Assembly: GCA_963718665.1 (NCBI GenBank)
Contig: OY970359.1
Location: forward strand, 352,001 to 416,000
DNA from: an uncultured Phycisphaerales bacterium
GTDB lineage: Bacteria; Planctomycetota; Phycisphaerae; Sedimentisphaerales; Anaerobacaceae
Direction: 5' to 3'
Length of the DNA: 64,000 nt
The position numbers and the translations under genes are program-made. Positions 49,302 to 58,204 of the stretch are shown here, in pieces (the first letter of the stretch is position 1; each line of letters begins with the position of its first letter). The notes under the pieces were generated by a model. It ran no database searches, was not told the DNA's origin, and was given only the letters and a program-made list of their open reading frames with translations.

Positions 49302-50691
49302 CTATTTCGCTTCTTTTCTCAGCCGGTCAACCCGCTGGGAAACATCTTTGAACCCAAAATCAATCTGGGCTATTTTACGATATATGTCGAGGGCCTCAGC
49401 CCTTTTGCTCTGCTCCTCGAAGGAGCGGGCAAGATTATACCGCAATTCCTTCGCAATGTCGTCATCTTTTATTTCATAAGATTCGATTGCCCTGGTGAAA
49501 ATATCCTCCGCGTCGGCATACCAGCCCTTCATAAAAAAGCAAAGGCCTATCTTGCCCATCGCCGCAACCTTGTGCCTCAGGTCTTTCTGGGCCTCCTGAA
49601 GCATCGGAATCGCCTCATCGTACCTCTTGTTGTGGACTAAGCGCAGGCCGTATTCGTATTTCGCCTTGAGGTCGGTAGGATAGTTTTTGACGCAAAGCCC
49701 GTAATGTTCCATTTCCGCCTTGTTCAACTGCGCGATTAAACCGGCGTGCTTTGATTTCGCGACGCTGTCTTCGGGATTTGCGTCAATTACCTCGTCCGCC
49801 TCTCGTATCTTGCGTTTTACCTGCCCGATTCGAATCAGGCCCGCTCGTTCCTTGAAGCTGAAATCCTGTCTCTTTTTGTACGCATCATCAAGCAGTTTTA
49901 TCGCTTCTTCTTCCGCCTGGTCGGTCCTCATATCCGCCAGAACGCCTGCCAGTCCGAATATGCTATGTGCCGACTCAGGATTTTGCTCGTATGTCTTTCT
50001 CGCCGCCTCTACCGCAAGAACCCGGTAATCATTGCTCTTGACCACCCCCTGCTGCGACTGAAATACTTCCTGCTCCTCGCGATTTTTGATTGATTTGCGG
50101 AAGTCGCCCGCCTGGTCATATTTGCCTCGCGAGACAGTCAGCTCCGCGGATAATCTCTTCGCCTCGTCGGCTATTTCGCCGTCATCTGGACGCAATTTCG
50201 CCGCATACTGGCAGGCGGCAAGCGCCCTGTCCCACAACCCAATGGCCGCGTATGAATCCTTCAGCAGCAAATACGCATGTCGCCGACGGCGATTGTGAGG
50301 CGTTGTTGGCCGCGAACAGCAAATCCGCTATCCATTTTGCCGTTTGATTGTATCCGCCGGCCACAGCCGCTTTTAACATCGCCTCGATATACGGCAAATG
50401 TTCCGGGTCCCTGGCCATCAGATATTCGGCGTTAAGCAACTGTTCGAGGGGGTTCTTGCCGCGGGAATATTTCATTCTTTCCATTATTGAGGGTTTCTTG
50501 CCGCCCTTGGCCTGTCGTCTAAGGGCAAGCTCCCTAAGCTGCAAATGGCCGTCCTGAAGCGCATCAGGGTTACATCGCAAACCCTGGAGATACAAATCTA
50601 TAGCATAGTCAAAATTGTAGTTTGCGGCCGCTTCGTCGGCCTTTTCAAAAAACAACTTCGCCTTTGCGCATATTCCGTTGTCTTCAGGCAT
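49302..50691 (-). pseudogene. Tetratricopeptide repeat protein split by a +1 frameshift near 50280
   Basis: ORFs 50182-50703 and 49302-50270 join as ..NNASQSPSAHAYLLLKDSY.. if one base is removed. Confidence 0.8.
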
Positions 50692-50860
50692 CAATTTCCT
50701 CAAAAAATCACTTTATGAAGCTTCCCACACCATAATCGTATTCTTCGGCCAAATTCTGTCAACAAATAAATCCGCCACGGGCGTATAAATGCTTGTATTG
50801 AAATCCCGACTTTGCTATAAAACCGTGATACCTTAAACCTGATTTTTTGGAGAATATGAT

Positions 50861-52123
50861 ATGCTGACAGCACTTGAGCAGTATGACCCGCAAATATATG
50901 AACTTATAAGGCAGGAAGGCGCACGCCAGAGCGCCTGCGTCCGGCTGATCCCATCAGAAAACTACGTTTCCAAGGCGGTAATGCTGGCAAGCGGCAGCTG
51001 CCTGACCAATAAATACGCCGAGGGATACCCGGGCAAACGGTATTATGAGGGACAGCAGATTACCGACCTCATCGAAACCATCGCCCGACAGCGAGCCATA
51101 AAGATTTTCAAGGCCGACCACGCTAATGTCCAGCCATATTCCGGCTCGATAGCGAACCTCGCGGCTTATATCGCGCTGGCAAAGCCCGGCGATACGATTA
51201 TGGGACTTGCGCTGCCTCACGGCGGACACCTCACCCACGGCTGGAAAGTCAGCATGACCGGCAAAATCTTCAACTCAATGCAGTATGGCGTCAGCGCTGA
51301 AACAGGCAGGTTTGACTATGACCAGATCCGAGACCTGGCAAAGAAAAACAAGCCCAAAATCATAATCTCCGGCTGCACCGCTTATCCGCGAGAAATCAAT
51401 TTCGAGATTTTCGGCGATATCGCCAAAGAGGTCGGCGCATATCACGTCAGCGATATCGCCCATATCTCCGGCTTAGTCGTCGCGGGTGTCCACAAAAGCC
51501 CGGTTCCCTACGCCGACATCGTTTCAACAACAACACACAAGACGCTGCGAGGCCCGCGAGGCGGAATGCTGCTCTGCAAGACCGAACACGCCGACAAAGT
51601 CGATAAGGCCGTATTCCCCGGACTCCAGGGCGGCCCTCACATGCACACGATTACCGCGATTGCCGTCGCGCTGGCGGAAGCCGACACGACTGAATTTGTC
51701 GCTTACGCAAAACAGATTGTCAAAAATGCAAAGGCGATGGCCGAGAAACTGCTCGAATGCGGATTTAATCTCGTATCGGGCGGCACCGATAATCACCTGA
51801 TTCTCATCGATTTGAGAAACAAAAACATCCCCGGCAAAAAATTCGCCAAGGCGCTCGACCGAGCCAGAATCGAAACCAACTACAACACCGTGCCCAACGA
51901 CCCCGCCCCACCGGCAAATCCGAGCGGCCTGCGAATCGGAACGCCCGCGATTACCACACGTGGTATGAAAGAAGAACAGGCCCGACTAATCGCGGAATAT
52001 ATAGGCAAGGTCGCCGAGAACATCGATAATGAATCGGTCATCGAGCAGGTCGCCAAAGACGTTCTGCTTTTGTGCTCGCAGTTCCCGGTGCCGGACCACT
52101 TCATTATTCCGAACAGGAAATAA
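50861..52123 (+). CDS. glyA: Serine hydroxymethyltransferase
   Basis: LIPSEN, NKYAEGYPGKRYY, GGHLTHG, TTTHKTLRGPRGG, SGLRIGT. Confidence 0.98.
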   Translation: MLTALEQYDPQIYELIRQEGARQSACVRLIPSENYVSKAVMLASGSCLTNKYAEGYPGKRYYEGQQITDLIETIARQRAIKIFKADHANVQPYSGSIANLAAYIALAKPGDTIMGLALPHGGHLTHGWKVSMTGKIFNSMQYGVSAETGRFDYDQIRDLAKKNKPKIIISGCTAYPREINFEIFGDIAKEVGAYHVSDIAHISGLVVAGVHKSPVPYADIVSTTTHKTLRGPRGGMLLCKTEHADKVDKAVFPGLQGGPHMHTITAIAVALAEADTTEFVAYAKQIVKNAKAMAEKLLECGFNLVSGGTDNHLILIDLRNKNIPGKKFAKALDRARIETNYNTVPNDPAPPANPSGLRIGTPAITTRGMKEEQARLIAEYIGKVAENIDNESVIEQVAKDVLLLCSQFPVPDHFIIPNRK

Positions 52124-52172
52124 TCGCTGGTATTTGCAGCCGTTTACTTTTCGCTGCGATTTGTGTGCAGGG

Positions 52173-53219
52173 ATGCGAGAGAGTCCTCTGAAAATAGCTG
52201 TCCTGGGCCTCAATGACGCGGGCAGGTCGCTGCTCGACGCGGCCAAAGGTCTCGACTGCTTTACCATCGCGGCTGTGGGTGATAATGACACAAACCTGGC
52301 GCAGCAGGTCGCCAAAGATTACAACTGCGCAGCATACGACGATTATCGCCGGCTGATAATACAGAACCAGCTCGACTGCCTGCTCGTCGCCGCACCGATT
52401 CACAATTGCGCCGAATATCTCAAACTGGCGATAAAAAAGAAATTTCACATTCTCAAGCTGCCGCCATTAGCGAGAAATTTCAGCGAGACGGCGGAATTCG
52501 TAAAGATGACGCAAAACGAGGGAGTTACACTGGCTGCGGCCAACCCGGGAAGATTCGCTCAAAGCGCACTTGCGGCAAGGGGATATTTTCTGCAAAACCC
52601 GGCACAACAGCCCTTTCTTATCCTTGCCGCAGCAGGCGAGCCGACACCGGGCACATCAAGGGCAAAATGGCGAGACGACCCCGTGCTGGCCGGAGGCGGC
52701 GCGATTCTTTACGACTGCTGGGAGATAATCGACCAGATAATTCTGAACTTCGGCCTGCCCCAGCAGGTGTATTGCGTCGCAGGAAGCACCGCAGGCGACA
52801 GACAGCAGCGACTATACAGAACTGAGGACAGCGCTATCATAACAATGAAATTCGGCGACGCGATGTCGGGCAATCTCCTCGCGGGGCACGCCTCTGTCGG
52901 GCAATCACTCGCAAACCAGCAGCAAAAATGGTTAATCGCACAGTGCCAGGATACGATTGTAAGATGCAACGACAAGGTGTTTGAAATCGCTGATTCGTGG
53001 GGACAGCGGCTCAGGCAGGACAAATTCGCGGACGATTCGCCCGCCCGGATGAAAATGGTACTGGAGAATTTCGGCTCTCATCTGCTGTGGCCCGACAAAA
53101 ACCCGCTCGTAAGCCCCGCAGCCGACACCCTGAAGATTATGGCATTTATAGAAGCTGCTTATCTTTCCGCACGCACCGGCATGCCGGAAGAGCCGGCGAG
53201 AATACTCAAAATAGCGTAA
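52173..53219 (+). CDS. Gfo/Idh/MocA-family oxidoreductase, degenerate
   Basis: Rossmann IAVLGL, WRDDPVLAGGGAI, IEAAYLSARTG; EKP motif replaced by LPP. Confidence 0.8.
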   Translation: MRESPLKIAVLGLNDAGRSLLDAAKGLDCFTIAAVGDNDTNLAQQVAKDYNCAAYDDYRRLIIQNQLDCLLVAAPIHNCAEYLKLAIKKKFHILKLPPLARNFSETAEFVKMTQNEGVTLAAANPGRFAQSALAARGYFLQNPAQQPFLILAAAGEPTPGTSRAKWRDDPVLAGGGAILYDCWEIIDQIILNFGLPQQVYCVAGSTAGDRQQRLYRTEDSAIITMKFGDAMSGNLLAGHASVGQSLANQQQKWLIAQCQDTIVRCNDKVFEIADSWGQRLRQDKFADDSPARMKMVLENFGSHLLWPDKNPLVSPAADTLKIMAFIEAAYLSARTGMPEEPARILKIA

Positions 53220-53284
53220 TGTTTTCCGGCCTGTGACAGGCAAACCGCATTTTTTTTCAACGCAATCACTCCACTGCCGGTCAA

Positions 53285-54115
53285 TTACCTGCGTGGTTCG
53301 TCAGGCAGATTTTTTAACCTGTCCAGAATGTTCTGCCGGTATTCATCTTCCCCCGTTTTTGTCCCCGCGATACCGTCCAGATAATGTGACTGGATTCTCG
53401 CCCTGAGATAATCGATGCGATTTTCGGGCGAAGGGTGCGTCAAAAAGAAATCGCAGGAATTGTTCGTCTCCTCCTCTTTCTGCAGTATCTGCATCGTTTC
53501 GACCATACCGTTGGGGTTGTAGCCGGCCCTGAGCATATATTCCATACCGCCGAGGTCTGCGGTTTTTTCGTATTCCCTGCTGTATTTGAGATCCATAAGC
53601 TGCAGGGCGATATCGGCGGCAGCCACCTCGCCCTGGTTTCTTGCCTGGGACGCCGCAAGGATAAACAACGCGCCCATTCCCGCCTGCTTGCTCATCATAT
53701 TTTCCGTATCTCTTGCGACAACGTGAACGGTCTCGTGCGCCAGTATGCCCGCGAGCTGCGATTCGCTTTCGAGTTTGGCGAGCAGTCCTTTTGTAATAAA
53801 AATGCACCCGCCGGGAATCGCCAGGGCGTTTATCGACTTATCGTTGACGGCAACATAATTAAAATCAAAATCCGGATTGTGGCTGAATCTGGCGATTTTA
53901 TGGCCTACGCCGTTTATATAATCCTGCAATATCTGGTCTTTGATTCTGCCTTTAAGCTCTTCTTCGACCTTCGGGGCAATCTCTTTGCCCAACTTTATAT
54001 CGTTATGGTAGTCACGGTCGAGCATCAGTTCGTCTTCGCCGGTAATCGGGTTTGCGGCACAGCCAAAAGAAAAACACAAACCAGATATCAACAAAAGCAA
54101 AACAAACTTATGCAT
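53285..54115 (-). CDS. M48 (BepA-like) metalloprotease lipoprotein
   Basis: Lipobox FGC, NALAIPGG, LAHETVH, YSREYEKTAD, LTHP. Confidence 0.92.
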   Translation of the reverse strand: MHKFVLLLLISGLCFSFGCAANPITGEDELMLDRDYHNDIKLGKEIAPKVEEELKGRIKDQILQDYINGVGHKIARFSHNPDFDFNYVAVNDKSINALAIPGGCIFITKGLLAKLESESQLAGILAHETVHVVARDTENMMSKQAGMGALFILAASQARNQGEVAAADIALQLMDLKYSREYEKTADLGGMEYMLRAGYNPNGMVETMQILQKEEETNNSCDFFLTHPSPENRIDYLRARIQSHYLDGIAGTKTGEDEYRQNILDRLKNLPDEPRR

Positions 54116-54128
54116 TTTCAGTTTCCCC

Positions 54129-54203
54129 TTTATAATTTACTGTTTATGATTTATTATCCTCAAATTGTAAATCAAAAATAACAAATCGAAAATAGAAAAT
54201 AAA
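54129..54203. repeat. AT-rich heptamer inverted array between divergent genes
   Basis: tttataa tttactg tttatga tttatta / aaattgt aaatcaa aaataac aaatcga aaataga aaataaa. Confidence 0.7.
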
Positions 54204-54204
54204 T

Positions 54205-55248
54205 ATGAATGAAACACTTGTAACGGGCGGACTGGTCTTTATTGTCGGGCTGGTTCTTGTTCTGCCGTTTTTATCCAAACGGGTCGAAAAACAGCTTGAG
54301 GCCTTCCTGTTTGTTATGGGGTGCCTCGCTGTAACCATCTCCTGGCTCTGGTCATGGCATTTAGTGAAAGAGGCGCTCATTGAGCCGATTAAAATTACGC
54401 TGGCGGTGCTGTTTGCGGGCGTGATTTTCCGATTCATCAGGCCCAAAGTAGGCGCATGGGCGCATGGTTTCGCACGTCTGTTCGGTTATTCGGCGCTGTT
54501 CTTCGTTATCGTTGCCGGGCTTGGCTTATTGTCCAGCGTCATCACCGCGATTATCGCTGCTCTAATTCTCGTGGAGGTCATAAGCGCATTACGCCTGCCA
54601 AGAATTCTCGAAGTGCGGCTGGTAATTATCGCCTGCTTTTCAATCGGTCTCGGCGCGGTTCTGACGCCCATCGGCGAGCCGTTATCCACTATCGCTGTAT
54701 CCAAGCTTTCGGGCGAGCCATATCACGCAAGTTTCTTCTTCCTGCTGAAACTCTTAGGTAAATGGGTAATCCCGATGGTCCTGCTGCTTGGCATATTGCC
54801 GGCGTTCCTTAAAGGCAAGCACGAGGGGCAATCGCCCACACTCACCGAGGACAAGCCGGAAAACTTCAGGGATATATTCATCAGGACAGGCAAGGTCTAT
54901 CTGTTTGTCCTCGCGCTCGTTTTTCTGGGTGCCGGTTTTACGCCAGTTGTTGACAAATATATTGTGCATATCCCTTCAGCGGCGATTTACTGGGCAAATA
55001 CCACCTCAGCAATTCTCGATAACGCGACGCTGACAGCCGCGGAAATATCCCCCGCTATGTCCATCGACACAATCAAAGACGCCCTGATGGGTCTGCTAAT
55101 CGCGGGCGGTATGCTCATCCCCGGAAATATCCCAAACATTATTTGCGCAAGCAAACTCTCGATAAAAAGCAAAGAATGGGCTGTATTCGGCATCCCCCTC
55201 GGTATGGTCATTATGCTCGGCTGCTTTATACTTCTGCTTTTGACATAA
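54205..55248 (+). CDS. DUF1646 family membrane transporter-like protein
   Basis: LEAFLF, LTPIGEPLSTI, AILDNATL, GGMLIPGNIPNII. Confidence 0.85.
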   Translation: MNETLVTGGLVFIVGLVLVLPFLSKRVEKQLEAFLFVMGCLAVTISWLWSWHLVKEALIEPIKITLAVLFAGVIFRFIRPKVGAWAHGFARLFGYSALFFVIVAGLGLLSSVITAIIAALILVEVISALRLPRILEVRLVIIACFSIGLGAVLTPIGEPLSTIAVSKLSGEPYHASFFFLLKLLGKWVIPMVLLLGILPAFLKGKHEGQSPTLTEDKPENFRDIFIRTGKVYLFVLALVFLGAGFTPVVDKYIVHIPSAAIYWANTTSAILDNATLTAAEISPAMSIDTIKDALMGLLIAGGMLIPGNIPNIICASKLSIKSKEWAVFGIPLGMVIMLGCFILLLLT

Positions 55249-55311
55249 TCTCGCATCAGCGCTTGCGAAATTACCTCATTTTCAGTATAATCCTGCCGAT
55301 ATAGAACTTAC

Positions 55312-55383
55312 GCCAACGTAGCTCAATGGTAGAGCTCCGGTTTTGTAAACCGGAGGTTATCGGTTCGAATCCGATCGTTGGCT
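55312..55383 (+). tRNA. tRNA-Thr(TGT)
   Basis: Acceptor GCCAACG/CGTTGGC, anticodon arm CCGGT-TTTGTAA-ACCGG, GTTCGAAT; promoter TTGCGA-N17-TATAAT at 55263-55291. Confidence 0.97.
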
Positions 55384-55555
55384 TTCGCTCGCTTCAAAAA
55401 CCTCATAAAACAGCAAATTTAAGGGCAAATAAAGCCATCCCAGCCAAAAATGCTATTTACTTGCCCCCTTTTTCAGGATATAATAATACTGCTGCATTGT
55501 TGGACTTGTAACACCACACTCATCTCGAGAGGAACCGAAAAGGGGGCCAGTAACG

Positions 55556-57901
55556 ATGAAAAGAACGGCGTATATTTTGGCCGCATGCCTAATCGCAACC
55601 TTGGCATTCGGAATCAATCGGGCAAATGCAACCACAATAAGCGGCATTTCACAAAACGCATCCACCATCGGCAGATATACCAAATACGAACTGACATTTA
55701 CGCTTTCACGGACATATACAAACCCGTTCGACCCCTGCGTAGTTGACGTTATGGTAACGTTTCATCAGCCCGACGGGACCAACGTGAATATTCCGGGTTT
55801 TTATTACCAGGCATATTCCACATCAGGAAGCAATCCTGAATATTATACTACAGCAGGCGCAATATCCTGGAAGGCAAGATTCGCACCTTCGCAGCTCGGC
55901 TCATATACCTGCGATATCAAAGTCAAAGACGTGGATGGAACAACAACAGCAACAACCGCCGGCTCTTTTACCTGCCAGGAAAGCGGCAAAAAAGGGTTCA
56001 TCAGAGTTGACCCCAACCAGCACGACTTTCTCAAATATACTAATGGCGACACGCGCATTAACATCGGCCAGAACATCGGCTGGAATAACGGCTCACTTCC
56101 TGGCGGCGGAATCGCTGGCTGGAATTATTTCCTCACAAAATTGCACAACGCAGGCGCAAACTGGGTGCGATTATGGTGCTGCACCTATGGGGCTGATTAT
56201 GGAGTTGCGCTGGAATGGCCAATCGGATGGGGCAACAACTACTTCCAGGGCCCGGGAAAACCTTCCCTGCAAACCTCGCTTAGAATGGACGGGTATGTCG
56301 CAAGCGCAGAGCAAAACGACATCGCCATTCAGTTTGCCCTTCAGCATCACGGCCAGGTCAGCACAACCACAGATGCCGACTGGGCCTCCAATCCTTACAA
56401 TATCGCTAATACCGGCGGTTTCCTCCCAGACCCCTGCAAATACTTCACCGACCCCTGTGCTATACAATTGACCAAAAACAAATACCGCTACATCGTAGCA
56501 AGATGGGGTTATTCGCCGGCAATTTACGCCTGGGAGTTATTCAACGAAGTTCAGTGGACCGATGGCTGGAATTACGACCAGTCAACCGTTGTAAACTGGC
56601 ACAACATTATGTCATCTTACATCCGCAGCATCGATGCGTTCAATCACCCCATTACTACCAGCAGTCATGAGCCAGGTTTCGAAAACATCTGGAATCTCCC
56701 CGATATCAATCTGGTTGAGAATCACTATTATGGAAATGATACTATCCAAGTGTTCGAGCAGACAGCCCTGACCCTAGCGGACTTCAATAAACCGGTGCTT
56801 ATGGCCGAATTCGGATTAGGGGGCGGTCCCGAAGGAAGCCCTAACGAGCCGGAACCTTATGCGACACAATTAAAAGAAGGTCTGGAGATGCATAACGGCA
56901 TCTGGAGCGCCTTCTTCGCCAAAAGCAGCGCGCATCTGTGGTGGTGGGACAATTATATCGACCCCTGCAATCTTTATGGCGTATATACGCCGCTTTCGAT
57001 TTACGACGCCAATGAGAATCTTGCCGACTGCAATTTAGTCAGGGCACAGCGAGCCGCCTCCGGAACCGAGGCGTATTTTGCAAATCCGGTCCTCACCGAT
57101 TTCTGGGCGATATCCGACCAGAATATATTTTATCTCAATGTGGATTACTTCCCCGGTATGGGAAACCTCTCTCAATGGCTTCAGGGTTCCTGTCAGCCAG
57201 CCCTCAAGTCAGACCCCAATTTCCATTTGAATATGCCGACTGCCGGCTCTCTTAAAATCCACGTACAGAGTACCGCAAACTGGACCCCTAATATCCTGAG
57301 TGTGCTTGTGAATGGAGGAAAGGTTTTTTCAGGAACATATCCTGCCGATTCAAACAATTTTATAATCTCGGTCCCCCTTTCGGCGGGCCAGCAATCCGTG
57401 CAGATTAAAAACGATGGCAACGACTGGTTTGAAATAACCAGCTATGAATTCGCCCCCAATAACGTCTCGCCTCTGGGTTCTATGGGGCTTGTGGGCAAAC
57501 AGCGGGGCTATTTCTGGATTTATGACACAAACAGTCAATACGGGCTTGTAAATAACGGAACTTTCCATAATCAACCCGTTATCGCCCAGGGACTCGACGA
57601 CGGACTTTACAACGTTTATGTTTATGCGACATGGGGCGCCGGAGGCATCATCAACTCAGGGACAGCCAATTCCGTAAATGGTCAGTTGACATATACACTT
57701 CCCGATTTCAGCAAGGATATCGCCGTCAAAGTCATCGGCGTTGTCGATATTTATGACCTCGACGCTTTTTGCAATTACTGGCTGCAGACAGGTTCGAACC
57801 TGAGTGCGGACCTTAACCACGACGGCAAGGTGGATTTCGCCGACTTCAGCACATTAGCCGGCTATTGGATGAACAACAGTCCCGGGAACTGGCCTTTTTA
57901 A
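55556..57901 (+). CDS. Secreted DUF5060 + GH5-like (clan A) glycoside hydrolase with dockerin-like tail
   Basis: NPFDP..WKARFAP (DUF5060), YIVARWG, WELFNE acid/base, MAEFG nucleophile, ADLNHDGKVDFADF. Confidence 0.85.
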   Translation: MKRTAYILAACLIATLAFGINRANATTISGISQNASTIGRYTKYELTFTLSRTYTNPFDPCVVDVMVTFHQPDGTNVNIPGFYYQAYSTSGSNPEYYTTAGAISWKARFAPSQLGSYTCDIKVKDVDGTTTATTAGSFTCQESGKKGFIRVDPNQHDFLKYTNGDTRINIGQNIGWNNGSLPGGGIAGWNYFLTKLHNAGANWVRLWCCTYGADYGVALEWPIGWGNNYFQGPGKPSLQTSLRMDGYVASAEQNDIAIQFALQHHGQVSTTTDADWASNPYNIANTGGFLPDPCKYFTDPCAIQLTKNKYRYIVARWGYSPAIYAWELFNEVQWTDGWNYDQSTVVNWHNIMSSYIRSIDAFNHPITTSSHEPGFENIWNLPDINLVENHYYGNDTIQVFEQTALTLADFNKPVLMAEFGLGGGPEGSPNEPEPYATQLKEGLEMHNGIWSAFFAKSSAHLWWWDNYIDPCNLYGVYTPLSIYDANENLADCNLVRAQRAASGTEAYFANPVLTDFWAISDQNIFYLNVDYFPGMGNLSQWLQGSCQPALKSDPNFHLNMPTAGSLKIHVQSTANWTPNILSVLVNGGKVFSGTYPADSNNFIISVPLSAGQQSVQIKNDGNDWFEITSYEFAPNNVSPLGSMGLVGKQRGYFWIYDTNSQYGLVNNGTFHNQPVIAQGLDDGLYNVYVYATWGAGGIINSGTANSVNGQLTYTLPDFSKDIAVKVIGVVDIYDLDAFCNYWLQTGSNLSADLNHDGKVDFADFSTLAGYWMNNSPGNWPF

Positions 57902-58204
57902 ACTGAATCTTACTTCATAATTTCAAAATACCTCGGGCCGTCTTTTACAGACGGCCTTTTTTCTAATATTGTCCGCAAAAAATACAGCTTTGAGTACAGT
58001 TGCAGTCGCCGCAAGGTAACATAAAAACCCTCTTTTTCGCTGCCCGCAACTAACTAAAAAGAATGGCCAAAATCGCCCTTCTAACATTATTAAAAAATCC
58101 CATAATATGCCGATATACTTAAGATACGAAAGGACAATGGGGGCGTTCTTTGTCCTAAAAATATTGCTGATATTCATCGCCAGCGGATTTGGCAAGGAGC
58201 AGGC

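Noticed and set aside
53435..54181. Long antisense ORFs (also 15081-15944, 31321-32367, 42501-43247)
   Set aside because: Shadows of well-supported genes on the opposite strand
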